A program made the translations under genes and the position numbers. The notes under the pieces were generated by a model. That model saw only the letters and a program-made list of their open reading frames with translations. It did not search any database and was not told the DNA's origin. Shown here piece after piece: positions 37,446 through 46,908 of a stretch of 64,000 nt of DNA. This DNA is from an uncultured Candidatus Saccharibacteria bacterium (lineage in GTDB: Bacteria; Patescibacteriota; Minisyncoccia; Phycocordibacterales; DAORIS01), in the NCBI GenBank assembly GCA_964644035.1, contig CAZXUH010000001.1, positions 195,712-259,711 of the forward strand, given 5' to 3'. Positions within the stretch are counted from its first letter, which is position 1; each line of letters opens with the position of its first letter.

Positions 37446-37823
37446 ATGAGAATCCTTGGTATTACACTGCCCGACGAGAAACGAATGGAGATCGCGCTAA
37501 CGACCCTCTATGGTATTGGCCGACCTCGCGCAAAGAGCGTGTTGAAAAAGGCAGGGGTGGATTATGGAAAGAAAGCCAAGGATCTCACAGGTGATGAAGA
37601 GAATGCAATTCGAAAGATCATCGAAACTTTTAAAATTGAAGGAGATCTCAAGAGAGAGATTGGTGGCAATATCAAGCGCCTCAAGGATATCAAAGCATAT
37701 AGAGGAGTACGTCATATGCGCCGACTTCCTGCTCGCGGCCAGCGAACAAAGACCAATGCTCGCACGCTCAAGGGTGTAAAGAAGACGATGGGAAGCGGAC
37801 GACGTAAGGAAGAAAAGAAATAA
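37446..37823 (+). CDS. rpsM: 30S ribosomal protein S13
   Basis: IALT.LYGIG, EGDLKRE and LPARGQRTKTNART motifs. Confidence 0.98.
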   Translation: MRILGITLPDEKRMEIALTTLYGIGRPRAKSVLKKAGVDYGKKAKDLTGDEENAIRKIIETFKIEGDLKREIGGNIKRLKDIKAYRGVRHMRRLPARGQRTKTNARTLKGVKKTMGSGRRKEEKK

Positions 37824-37831
37824 TCACTACC

Positions 37832-38275
37832 ATGGGTAAACGAACTATCAAAAAACCTGAGACCGATGTAAAAGAGCCTGCAGCAGAAGGAGCTGTTAAG
37901 GCTGCTCCTGCAAAGAGCAAGAAAAAGACTATGGACGCTGGTACTCTCTATGTCCAGTCTACATATAACAACACTAAGGCTCTTCTTGCTGATAAGAAGG
38001 GCAATGCTATTGCAGCTTCATCGGCTGGAACACTTGGTTTCCGAGGTGCTAAGAAAGGTACACCTTTTGCAGCAGCCAAAGTTGGTGAAATCCTCGGTGA
38101 CAAGGCTGTGGAGCTTGGTGTAAAGGAGATCGATGTTGTCGTTTCAGGCGTTGGCTCAGGTCGAGAATCAACAATCCGCGGTTTTATAAGCCGAGGTATC
38201 AATCTCACTCAGATCAAGGACGTCACACCAGTTCCTCACAATGGTCCAAAGGCTAAGAAGCCTCGCCGCGTATAG
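37832..38275 (+). CDS. rpsK: 30S ribosomal protein S11
   Basis: STYNNT, KGTPFAA and DVTPVPHNG motifs. Confidence 0.98.
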   Translation: MGKRTIKKPETDVKEPAAEGAVKAAPAKSKKKTMDAGTLYVQSTYNNTKALLADKKGNAIAASSAGTLGFRGAKKGTPFAAAKVGEILGDKAVELGVKEIDVVVSGVGSGRESTIRGFISRGINLTQIKDVTPVPHNGPKAKKPRRV

Positions 38276-38287
38276 TTTCAATATTTT

Positions 38288-38887
38288 ATGATCATCAAAT
38301 CAAAATACAAAATCGCTCGTCGTCTCAATGCTCCGGTATTTGAAAAGACACAGACACAGAAGTATGCCCTTAGAGAAGGTCGCCGTGAAAAGCGAAATTT
38401 TTCTCGAAGTGACTACGGAATTCAGCTCGTTGAAAAGCAGAAAGTGCGTTACACCTACTGCCTCACTGCGAAGCAATTTGCAAAATATGTAAAAGCGGTC
38501 CTCGGCAAGCGTGGTATCAACCAGCAGGAAGTACTTTTTAGCTCTCTTGAAAAGCGTCTCGACAATGCAGTCTATCGCGCAGGCTTTGCTCCAACACGAT
38601 TGGCATCACGACAGATGGTTTCTCACGGTCACATCACCGTCAATGGAAAAAAGCTCTCAATTCCTTCATATCAGACCGTAAAAGGGGATGTTATCGGCAT
38701 CAGAGTCGGTAGCCAGAAAGCTGTGACCTTCAAGGATCTTGAGGAAAAGCTCAAAACATTGGTTGCGCCATCATGGATAGCAGTCGATGCTGAGAAAAAG
38801 ACCATAACGGTACAGGGAGAACCTAAGCTCGAACAGGCAACGCTTTTATTCAATCTTGCGCCTGTGCTTGAGTTCTACAGCCGTTAA
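38288..38887 (+). CDS. rpsD: 30S ribosomal protein S4
   Basis: SDYGIQLVEKQK, LEKRLDN, RQMVSHGH and EFYSR motifs. Confidence 0.98.
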   Translation: MIIKSKYKIARRLNAPVFEKTQTQKYALREGRREKRNFSRSDYGIQLVEKQKVRYTYCLTAKQFAKYVKAVLGKRGINQQEVLFSSLEKRLDNAVYRAGFAPTRLASRQMVSHGHITVNGKKLSIPSYQTVKGDVIGIRVGSQKAVTFKDLEEKLKTLVAPSWIAVDAEKKTITVQGEPKLEQATLLFNLAPVLEFYSR

Positions 38888-38957
38888 CAGAGGGGTGGAC
38901 TTGCGGTTTATTAAAAAATAATGTATATTTTTACGACCTATTAATTTTTTTGCGCAT

Positions 38958-39923
38958 ATGCTTGACTCACATATTGTTTTGCCTTCGAAGCCAAAGATCA
39001 TCAAAGAGGAGGGTTGGAGCGGAACCTTCGAAATTGACGGTCTTTACCCTGGATATGGACATACCTTGGGTAATTCGCTGCGCCGCATCATTCTCTCATC
39101 TATCCCTGGAGCTGCCATTACAGCAGTCAAAATCAAGGGTGTAGAACATGAGTTTTCTACTATTTCAGGTGTAAAGGAAGACGTTATTACGATTCTTCTC
39201 AATCTCAAGAAGGTTCGCATTCAGCTTCTCAGCGCTGAACCTCAGACAATGAATCTTAAGATCAAGGGTGCCAAGGAAATCACTGCAGCAGATATCGATG
39301 CTCCAGGTCAGGTCAAAATTCTTACACCGGAAGCAGTTATTGCCACAACTACAGACAAGTCATCTGATCTTGATATCGAAATCGTCGTAGAACATGGTCT
39401 TGGTTATGTTCCAAAGGAAATCCATCAGAAAAACAAAGTTGATATCGGTTCGATTGCTCTCGATGCAATCTTTACTCCTATCCGCCGCGCTTCATATGAA
39501 GTAGAAAACATGCGCGTAGGTGATCGAACAGACTTCAACCGCCTCCGACTCTTTATCGAAACAGACGGTACACTCACTCCAAAAGAAGCTCTTGAAAAGT
39601 CTATTCAGACAATGATTTCTCAGCTCAAAGCAATTGTTGGTTTCAAGGAAAGCGATGAAGAAATGTCTTCAGTCAATGACATGGAAGAAGGTCATGAGAC
39701 AAAAAACAAGAAAGAAATCGATCCTGAATCTCTCAAGACTCGTATCGAATCGATCGGTCTCTCAGCCCGCACTATGAATGCTCTTATGGCAGGCAATATC
39801 CGCACGGTTGGCGGCCTCTCACGAAAGAAAGAAGAAGATCTTCTTGAAATCGAAGGTCTTGGTGCAAAGGGTATAAAAGAAATTAAAGACGCTCTCGAAC
39901 AGCTCGGCATTTTCCTTAAGTAA
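38958..39923 (+). CDS. rpoA: RNA polymerase alpha subunit
   Basis: GYGHTLGNSLRRIILSS, HEFSTI.GVKED and DAIFTP motifs. Confidence 0.98.
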   Translation: MLDSHIVLPSKPKIIKEEGWSGTFEIDGLYPGYGHTLGNSLRRIILSSIPGAAITAVKIKGVEHEFSTISGVKEDVITILLNLKKVRIQLLSAEPQTMNLKIKGAKEITAADIDAPGQVKILTPEAVIATTTDKSSDLDIEIVVEHGLGYVPKEIHQKNKVDIGSIALDAIFTPIRRASYEVENMRVGDRTDFNRLRLFIETDGTLTPKEALEKSIQTMISQLKAIVGFKESDEEMSSVNDMEEGHETKNKKEIDPESLKTRIESIGLSARTMNALMAGNIRTVGGLSRKKEEDLLEIEGLGAKGIKEIKDALEQLGIFLK

Positions 39924-39927
39924 TACA

Positions 39928-40278
39928 ATGAGACACAGCAAAAACAAAAGAAGCTTTGGTAGAAAGATGGCTCAGCGCGACGCTCTGATCGCTTCTTTGG
40001 CTCGCTCACTCGTTCTTCATGAACAGATTGAAACGACACTTATGAAAGCAAAGGAACTCCGACCTTTCGTAGAAAGACTTATTACAAAAGGCAAGGTCAA
40101 GTCTGTCGCAACGATGCGCCATGTCCGCGAAAGTCTCAATTCTGAAACAGGTGCAAAGAAAATCCTCGATACACTTGGTCCAAAATACGCAACTCGCAAC
40201 GGTGGCTACACGCGCATCATCAAGTCGGGACGACGCGTTTCAGACGGAGCAGAAAAGGCCATCATCGAATTCGTATAA
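39928..40278 (+). CDS. rplQ: 50S ribosomal protein L17
   Basis: MRH..FGR, IETT..KAKELRP and RNGGYTRI motifs. Confidence 0.98.
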   Translation: MRHSKNKRSFGRKMAQRDALIASLARSLVLHEQIETTLMKAKELRPFVERLITKGKVKSVATMRHVRESLNSETGAKKILDTLGPKYATRNGGYTRIIKSGRRVSDGAEKAIIEFV

Positions 40279-40282
40279 ATAT

Positions 40283-40627
40283 ATGAAACATACTATAGAC
40301 GCACAGGATAAAAAGATGGGTAGGGTAGCGAGCGAAGCTGCCAAGATCTTGATGGGCAAAAACAAAACTGATTTTGCGCGCAATACAACTACAGACGATA
40401 CTGTTGAAGTCATCAATGCTTCAAAACTCGATATTTCTGAAAAGAAACTTGCTGCTCCAGCATTCAAATACTTCTCAGGTTTTGCAGGAGGACTCCGTGA
40501 GGAAGCACTCGGCAATGCAATCACTAAGAAGGGTATGCCTGAAGTACTTCGCAAGGTAGTTTTGGGAATGCTTCCTAAGAACAAGCTCCGAAGCCGCATT
40601 ATCAAGCAGCTCAAAGTCACCGAATAA
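40283..40627 (+). CDS. rplM: 50S ribosomal protein L13 (short)
   Basis: IDA...GRVASEAAKILMGK and GMLPKNKLR motifs; start ATG 40283. Confidence 0.96.
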   Translation: MKHTIDAQDKKMGRVASEAAKILMGKNKTDFARNTTTDDTVEVINASKLDISEKKLAAPAFKYFSGFAGGLREEALGNAITKKGMPEVLRKVVLGMLPKNKLRSRIIKQLKVTE

Positions 40628-40631
40628 TTTT

Positions 40632-41033
40632 ATGTCAGAAACCAGCAAATACATTGAAGCAGTAGGTCGCCGAAAAACCGCATCAGCACGCGTTCGTTTG
40701 ACTGAAGCATCTAAACAGTCAGTGATCGTCAACGACAAAGAACTCGCTGATTATTTCCCATTGATCAATCTCCAGAGAACAGCTCTTGCAAGCCTTACAC
40801 ACGCTGCAATGCCTCATAAGTTCAAGATTACGGTCAAAGTAGCAGGTGGTGGTATTTCTTCTCAGGCAGAAGCTATTAGACTCGGTATCAGCCGCGCTAT
40901 TATCGATATCGACGGTCAGCTTCGTACTAAACTCAAGACAGAAGGCTTCCTCAAGCGAGATCCACGAGCTAAAGAGCGCCGAAAGTTCGGTCTCAAAAAG
41001 GCTCGCAAAGCTCCCCAGTGGAGTAAGCGTTAG
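40632..41033 (+). CDS. rpsI: 30S ribosomal protein S9
   Basis: GRRKTASARV and RDPRAKERRKFGLKKARKAPQWSKR motifs. Confidence 0.98.
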   Translation: MSETSKYIEAVGRRKTASARVRLTEASKQSVIVNDKELADYFPLINLQRTALASLTHAAMPHKFKITVKVAGGGISSQAEAIRLGISRAIIDIDGQLRTKLKTEGFLKRDPRAKERRKFGLKKARKAPQWSKR

Positions 41034-41089
41034 CTTACGTCTCGTCCCGCAAATTTTTTGCGGGATCAAAGCGTTAGATCTACTTACAG

Positions 41090-41113
41090 AAACTACCCGA
41101 AAGGGTGGTTTTT
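41090..41113 (+). terminator. Terminator of the ribosomal protein operon
   Basis: AAACTACCC-GAAA-GGGTGGTTTTT. Confidence 0.8.
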
Positions 41114-41174
41114 GTTTGACAGTCTTTGATACTAAAGTAGTATGAATCGCAGAAACTTTACATAGGAGGCGACT

Positions 41175-41531
41175 ATGGATATAAAGATTCATATCTGGAA
41201 AAGACAGACTAGTGGAAGAATCTCAGACCGAATCAAATTTAAATGTCCTCACTGTCAGTTAGTCATACTACCGACACCAAGATTTTTCATAATGATGAAT
41301 GTTCATGGGTTCGCATATCTTCCAAGTAAGGGCAAAGGGAAATGTCAGGGTTGTACAAAAGAAGTTGATTTACCTCCTTTTTTTGAAAACATGGGAGAGT
41401 TGCTTCGCTTCAAGGGTCGTGTTCAGGATATTATGAGACGTGAGAGGGATGCATCTTCGATTGTACTCTTGGATCCTGCACAGGCTTGCAACGTGCCCCC
41501 TAAACTTGCGATTCCATCTTTTTTCAACTGA
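41175..41531 (+). CDS. Hypothetical zinc-finger protein (stand-alone cassette)
   Basis: TTGACA-16-TAGTAT promoter, SD AGGAGG, CPHC...CQGC, terminator ACCCCCGAA-GT-TTCGGGGGT-T run. Confidence 0.75.
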   Translation: MDIKIHIWKRQTSGRISDRIKFKCPHCQLVILPTPRFFIMMNVHGFAYLPSKGKGKCQGCTKEVDLPPFFENMGELLRFKGRVQDIMRRERDASSIVLLDPAQACNVPPKLAIPSFFN

Positions 41532-41617
41532 TTTACACCCCCGAAGTTTCGGGGGTCTTTTTTTATTTTAAATTACTTTTGCAACTTGAAAAAAGTTGAT
41601 GTAATATGTACACCTCT

Positions 41618-42169
41618 ATGGATGAAAATGAACAGGATGTTTCCCTCGAAGCCGAGGAAGAAATCGTCGACGAAGGCTCTCTCAAAGACAAGATAAAAGC
41701 CCTCCGCACCAAACTCAAAGAAACTGAGGAAGAGAAGCAGCGTTACCTAAATAACTGGCAAAGAGCTCAGGCTGACTTTATCAATATCCGCAAACGAGAC
41801 GAAGAAGCCAAAAAAGATTTTGTAAAATTTGCCAGCGAAGCGCTAGTCTCAGAACTTCTACCTGTCGCAGATAGTTTCAATATGGCTTTTGCCAATAAAG
41901 ATGCGTGGGAAAAGGTAGACAAAAACTGGCGATCGGGTGTCGAATACATCTATTCGCAACTCATGAATGTGCTCAAAGAAAGGGGATTAACAGAATTTGA
42001 TCCTCTAGGCGAGGTATTTGATGCTTCAAAACACGAAGCCCTTGGAACAATAGCTGCTGATACAAAAGAAAATGATCACAAAGTACTTGAAGTCATTCAA
42101 AAGGGATACATGCTTCATGATAAGGTAGTCCGACCAGCCAAAGTAAAGGTTGGCGACTTCAATGAATAG
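41618..42169 (+). CDS. grpE: Nucleotide exchange factor GrpE
   Basis: RAQADFIN.RKR, LLPVADSF, FD.SKHEA and QKGY.LHDKVVRPAKV motifs. Confidence 0.96.
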   Translation: MDENEQDVSLEAEEEIVDEGSLKDKIKALRTKLKETEEEKQRYLNNWQRAQADFINIRKRDEEAKKDFVKFASEALVSELLPVADSFNMAFANKDAWEKVDKNWRSGVEYIYSQLMNVLKERGLTEFDPLGEVFDASKHEALGTIAADTKENDHKVLEVIQKGYMLHDKVVRPAKVKVGDFNE

Positions 42170-42225
42170 TATTTGGGAATAGTATTTGAAATATTTTTCA
42201 AATTAGGTTGTAATATACATATACG

Positions 42226-42534
42226 ATGCTTCAGGTTTATACAAACAGAAAAATTCATTTCAAAACCGTCGAGACAGCAACAGCGACACTTGTGGTTGCT
42301 GTGCTTGTTGAAACCTATGGCAATGAAACTCGCGTTTCTGAACCTAAGATAATTAAGGTTATAAATAAAAACCAGCTAAAATTAGCTGGAAATGTTAGTT
42401 CGATTCCTAGATTGGTAGCAGCACAGAACAAATCATCTATTAAGAGACCTGTTGTTTCTCCTTTTCAATATCTTTTTTCAAATAAACATTCAAATAATGT
42501 AACTTGGTTATTTGCACGTCCACCAACAAAATAG
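42226..42534 (+). CDS. Hypothetical protein between grpE and dnaK
   Basis: 102-aa AT-rich ORF ending WLFARPPTK. Confidence 0.65.
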   Translation: MLQVYTNRKIHFKTVETATATLVVAVLVETYGNETRVSEPKIIKVINKNQLKLAGNVSSIPRLVAAQNKSSIKRPVVSPFQYLFSNKHSNNVTWLFARPPTK

Positions 42535-42572
42535 ATTAGCTTGTTTTATTAACACGTTAATCTATTTAATTT

Positions 42573-44471
42573 ATGTCAAAAGTAATCGGTATCGACCTCG
42601 GTACTACAAACTCAGCGGTGGCGGTCATGGAAGTCGGCGAACCAAAAATCATTGAGAACGCAGAAGGCGTTCGCACTACTCCCTCAATCGTCGCCCAATC
42701 AAAAACCGGAGAGCGTCTTGTTGGTCTTCTTGCTAAGCGTCAGGCTGTCACCAATCCAAAAAACACTGTCTTTCAGGTAAAGCGCTTTATTGGTCACAAC
42801 TTCGATGAATCACTTGTACAGAAAGACCTAGCCTCAGTGCCCTTTGAGAGCCGCAAAGCGGCCAATGGCGGCATAGAAGTCAAAATGGGCGACAAATGGT
42901 ACAGACCAGAGGAAAGCTCGGCGATGATCCTCCAGAAGCTCAAGGCCGATGCAGAAACGCGTCTTGGTGAGAAGATCACCGAGGCGGTTATCACTGTCCC
43001 TGCATACTTCAATGACTCACAACGTCAGGCCACAAAAGATGCCGGAAAGATCGCTGGACTCGATGTCTTGCGTATCATCAATGAACCGACGGCAGCCGCG
43101 CTTGCATATGGCTTCAATAAAAAGAAAGATGAAAAGATCGTTGTCTTCGACTTCGGTGGAGGTACATTTGATATCTCTGTGCTCGAAGTCGGTGATGATG
43201 TCGTCGAAGTAAAATCTACAGATGGAGATGCTCACCTTGGAGGCAAAGATATAGACCAGAAAATTATCAACTGGCTTGCTGATGCTTTCAAAAAAGAAAA
43301 CGGTATCGATCTCATGAAGGATGCGCTTGCAGTGCAGCGACTCGACGAAGCTGCAGAAAAAGCAAAGATCGAGCTCTCAACAGCAGTTTCTACAGAAATC
43401 AATATTCCATTTATCACCTCCGGTGCTGAAGGTCCAAAACACCTTTTGATCACCATGACTCGCGCTAAGCTCGAAGAACTCACTCAAGAATTCCTCGATC
43501 GAGCAATGGAAATCACTAAACGAGCAATGAATGCATCGCCGTTTAAGATCAATGAAATTCAGGAAGTGATTCTTGTCGGCGGACAGACACGTATGCCAGC
43601 AATGCAAAAGGCCGTCAAAGATTTCTTCAATAAAGAGCCAAATATGAGCGTAAACCCTGACGAAGTCGTAGCGCTCGGTGCTGCTATTCAGGGAGGTATT
43701 CTCAAAGGCGATGTCAAAGATGTCCTTCTTCTCGATGTTATACCGCTCTCACTTGGTATTGAAACCATGGGAGGTGTCGCGACAAAGCTTATTGAAAAGA
43801 ATATGACCATTCCAGCATCGAAGAGTCAGATCTTTTCAACAGCTGCGGACAATCAAACGTCGGTAGAAATACATGTCGTCCAAGGTGAACGCGCAATGGC
43901 CAATGACAACAAATCTCTTGGCCGATTTATCCTCGATGGTATTCCACCATCACCACGCGGTCTCCCTCAGGTAGAAGTAACATTTGATGTCGACGCCAAC
44001 GGTATCCTCAATGTTAAAGCAAAAGAAAAGACTACCAATAAAGAGCAATCTATTACGATTCAGGGTAGCTCGGGTCTTTCAAAAGCTGATATAGAAAAGA
44101 TGCAGAAAGATGCTGAAGCGCATGCCAGTGAAGACCAAGCTAAGCGCGATGCTGCTGAAGCTAAAAATCTTGCTGAACAACTCATCTACACATCTGAGAA
44201 AGCACTAAAGGATGCTACTGAGAAAGTGCCTGCCGATGTAAAAGCTGGAGTAGAAGCAAAAATTGCCGATCTTAAAAAAGTAAAAGATGGCAATGATGTT
44301 GCTCCGATCAGAGCAGCAACAGAAGCACTCTCAAATGAGATTCAGAAGATCGGTCAGTATATGAGTCAGAATCCAATGGGTGATGCAGCAAATCCAGCCG
44401 CCAATTCTGCTGACGCTTCGGCAAATCAAGGAGGTGAGGAGGGAAATGTAAGAGATACAGAGGCTAAATAA
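42573..44471 (+). CDS. dnaK: Chaperone DnaK
   Basis: [17 protein letters not shown] and DFGGGTFD motifs. Confidence 0.99.
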   Translation: MSKVIGIDLGTTNSAVAVMEVGEPKIIENAEGVRTTPSIVAQSKTGERLVGLLAKRQAVTNPKNTVFQVKRFIGHNFDESLVQKDLASVPFESRKAANGGIEVKMGDKWYRPEESSAMILQKLKADAETRLGEKITEAVITVPAYFNDSQRQATKDAGKIAGLDVLRIINEPTAAALAYGFNKKKDEKIVVFDFGGGTFDISVLEVGDDVVEVKSTDGDAHLGGKDIDQKIINWLADAFKKENGIDLMKDALAVQRLDEAAEKAKIELSTAVSTEINIPFITSGAEGPKHLLITMTRAKLEELTQEFLDRAMEITKRAMNASPFKINEIQEVILVGGQTRMPAMQKAVKDFFNKEPNMSVNPDEVVALGAAIQGGILKGDVKDVLLLDVIPLSLGIETMGGVATKLIEKNMTIPASKSQIFSTAADNQTSVEIHVVQGERAMANDNKSLGRFILDGIPPSPRGLPQVEVTFDVDANGILNVKAKEKTTNKEQSITIQGSSGLSKADIEKMQKDAEAHASEDQAKRDAAEAKNLAEQLIYTSEKALKDATEKVPADVKAGVEAKIADLKKVKDGNDVAPIRAATEALSNEIQKIGQYMSQNPMGDAANPAANSADASANQGGEEGNVRDTEAK

Positions 44472-44474
44472 AGC

Positions 44475-44504
44475 AAACCCCTAGATGTAATAATCTAGGG
44501 GTTT
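44475..44504. terminator. Bidirectional terminator
   Basis: AAACCCCTAGAT-GTAATA-ATCTAGGGGTTT. Confidence 0.8.
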
Positions 44505-44516
44505 CGGTTTGCTCAG

Positions 44517-44666
44517 TCATTGCTGACTGCGGACGATCCAAAGTATTGCGATGAAGGCAAACGCCACAGCGCTGCACGTCAGCACAAATCCGTTCTGATG
44601 TCGTTCGATAAACGCCTTCATTCCAGTGGAATGCGTTTCCTCTCCGAGATGGTGTATACGCCGCAT
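44517..44666 (-). CDS. Small single-TM protein (49 aa)
   Basis: TTGACT-16-TACAAT promoter, GGAG SD, MRRIHH...GFVLTCSAVAFAFIAILWIVRSQQ*, terminator follows. Confidence 0.65.
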   Translation of the reverse strand: MRRIHHLGEETHSTGMKAFIERHQNGFVLTCSAVAFAFIAILWIVRSQQ

Positions 44667-44808
44667 AGCGTCTCCATGTAAGAGTAATCGGAACAAAACG
44701 TCTGCTCGATCTGTTATACATTGTATCACTAAATAGGAAAAAGTCAATCAAATCAAGCTATCCGACAGCCAAAAATCAGGTATAATCCATGTAACCTAAA
44801 GAGAAATT

Positions 44809-45888
44809 ATGAAAGATTACTACAAAATCCTCGGGGTGGAGCGCAATGCCAGTCAGGACGATATTAAGAAGGCATTTCGCAAACTCGCACATCAACATCA
44901 TCCAGATAAAAAGGATGGTGACAGTGTGAAGTTCAAAGAAGCCAATGAGGCCTACAGCGTCCTCTCTGACGATAAAAAAAGAAGTCAGTACGATCAATTC
45001 GGCAGCAGTGCCTTTGGCAATGGTGCCGGCTTTGACGCATCTGGTTTTGGTGGTTTTGATTTCTCACAATTCACTCAAGGTGCAAATGGAAACAATATAG
45101 AATTTGATCTTGGCGATATCTTTGGCAGTTTCTTTGGCGGTCAGGGTAGATCGAGAGAGCAGGCACGTCGCGGCCGAGATATATCGATCGATACCGAACT
45201 GACATTTTCAGAATCTATTTTTGGTGTGGAAAGAAAGATCAGTGTCACAAAAACGGGACTCTGCGATCATTGCAAAGGCAATAGGGGCGAACCAGGCAGC
45301 GAAATGAAAACCTGTCATACCTGTCAGGGAAAAGGAAAAATTCACGAGACCAAACGATCGTTTATCGGCGCATTTGCATCGGTGCGTACTTGCGACACTT
45401 GTGCTGGTACCGGCAAAGTTCCAACCAATCCATGCAGAAAGTGTAAGGGAGCAGGAGTAACAAAGGGTCAGGAAGACATGACACTCAAGATTCCAACAGG
45501 GGTTGAAGATGGTGAGACGATGCGTATTGTCGGTGGTGGAGAGGCTATAGCGGGTGGTCAGGCAGGAGATCTGTATATCAAGATACACGTAAAAGCCCAT
45601 AACTTGTTCAGGAAAGAGGGAAATAACCTAGTCGCTGATATACCTATAAAGCTCTCAATGGCGCTCCTCGGGGGCGATTTGCCCCTCAAAACGCTCGATG
45701 GCGACTTAACTGTCACTATTCCAACCGGCGTCAGCCATGGCGAGATTTTGCGTGTTAGAGGCAAGGGTGTTCCGGTGGACAAGCATAAAAGGGGTGACTT
45801 GCTTCTCAGGATCTCCATAGATCTTCCACAGAAGTTGTCCAAAAAAGCAAAAGAGATAGTGGAGCAGTTGAAAGAGGAGGGGGTATAA
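44809..45888 (+). CDS. dnaJ: Chaperone DnaJ
   Basis: J domain with HPD, G/F region and four CxxCxGxG-type repeats. Confidence 0.98.
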   Translation: MKDYYKILGVERNASQDDIKKAFRKLAHQHHPDKKDGDSVKFKEANEAYSVLSDDKKRSQYDQFGSSAFGNGAGFDASGFGGFDFSQFTQGANGNNIEFDLGDIFGSFFGGQGRSREQARRGRDISIDTELTFSESIFGVERKISVTKTGLCDHCKGNRGEPGSEMKTCHTCQGKGKIHETKRSFIGAFASVRTCDTCAGTGKVPTNPCRKCKGAGVTKGQEDMTLKIPTGVEDGETMRIVGGGEAIAGGQAGDLYIKIHVKAHNLFRKEGNNLVADIPIKLSMALLGGDLPLKTLDGDLTVTIPTGVSHGEILRVRGKGVPVDKHKRGDLLLRISIDLPQKLSKKAKEIVEQLKEEGV

Positions 45889-45903
45889 AATAAAAAATAT
45901 TTA

Positions 45904-46482
45904 ATGCCACAAACAAATTGGTCTGAGTATTACAAATCAATGAAATCAACGCTGCCAAGACCTCTGTTGGTTGAGGCGCTCAAGCACGTCGTCGAGAAGA
46001 ACAAAGCTATCGATATCGGTGGTGGTGCTCTCAATGACACCAAATATCTTCTTGATCAAGGTTTTGATGTCACAGTGATAGATAAAAGTCCTCTTGTAGA
46101 GCAGGAAGCAAAAAATATTCCGAGCGATAGGCTGCATGCTTTTACTACTTCATTTGAAGACTACGATTTTCCAAAGGAACAGTATGACTTAGCGTCGGCC
46201 ATGTATGCTCTGCCATTTACTGCACCAGCACACTTTGATTCAGTTTTTGAAAAAGTAAAAGAATCACTAAAGAAAGGAGGTATATTTTGCGGGCAATTTT
46301 TTGGAGATCGAGATGAGTGGTCAAAAGATCCAAAGATGACCTTTCATACTAAAAAACGAGTTCAAGAATTACTTAAGGATCTAGAGATAATTTCTTTTGT
46401 GGAAGAAGAAAAGGATAGTAAGACAGCTAGAGGAACCATGAAGCACTGGCACGTTTTCCACGTCATCTCTCGCAAAATATAG
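45904..46482 (+). CDS. Class I SAM-dependent methyltransferase (TehB-like)
   Basis: AIDIGGG, LKKGGIFCGQFFG.RDEW and KHWHVFHV motifs. Confidence 0.8.
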   Translation: MPQTNWSEYYKSMKSTLPRPLLVEALKHVVEKNKAIDIGGGALNDTKYLLDQGFDVTVIDKSPLVEQEAKNIPSDRLHAFTTSFEDYDFPKEQYDLASAMYALPFTAPAHFDSVFEKVKESLKKGGIFCGQFFGDRDEWSKDPKMTFHTKKRVQELLKDLEIISFVEEEKDSKTARGTMKHWHVFHVISRKI

Positions 46483-46532
46483 TGAGTAATTGTTATTTAT
46501 TTAACGTATACGTCATGTATAATGTTTAGACT

Positions 46533-46907
46533 ATGAACATCCTTGTACGTTTTGGATTTGCAACGGCGTTTTCGGCACTACTCATGCAGACAAGTGCGTT
46601 CTCAAGCAAATTGATCTTTTGGAAGGATACTGTCGCGCATCAGACGATCTCGCTCTGTGTAGTATTTCTTGTAATAAGCGTATTGATCTACTTTGCCATC
46701 AGCAGATACGTAGATATGTACCGCCGTAGCAAGATTTTGATCCCAGTGGCGACAATCTTGCTTTGGACGGTGATTGCTATTAATGTACTCAATATCGACG
46801 TTCTAGTCGCTTTACCTAAACAAATAGTTACATATGCAGATATGTGGTATGCATTGCCAGGAGCGATTGGCGTCTATTTCATAGCCCTCTTTTTTGCAAA
46901 ACAATAA
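46533..46907 (+). CDS. Small 4-TM membrane protein
   Basis: Four hydrophobic stretches; TATAAT 9 nt before the ATG. Confidence 0.75.
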   Translation: MNILVRFGFATAFSALLMQTSAFSSKLIFWKDTVAHQTISLCVVFLVISVLIYFAISRYVDMYRRSKILIPVATILLWTVIAINVLNIDVLVALPKQIVTYADMWYALPGAIGVYFIALFFAKQ

Positions 46908-46908
46908 A

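Noticed and set aside
41540-42572. CIRCE/HrcA operator at grpE-dnaK
   Set aside because: No TTAGCACTC-N9-GAGTGCTAA match; only a weak CAACTT/AAGTTG palindrome.
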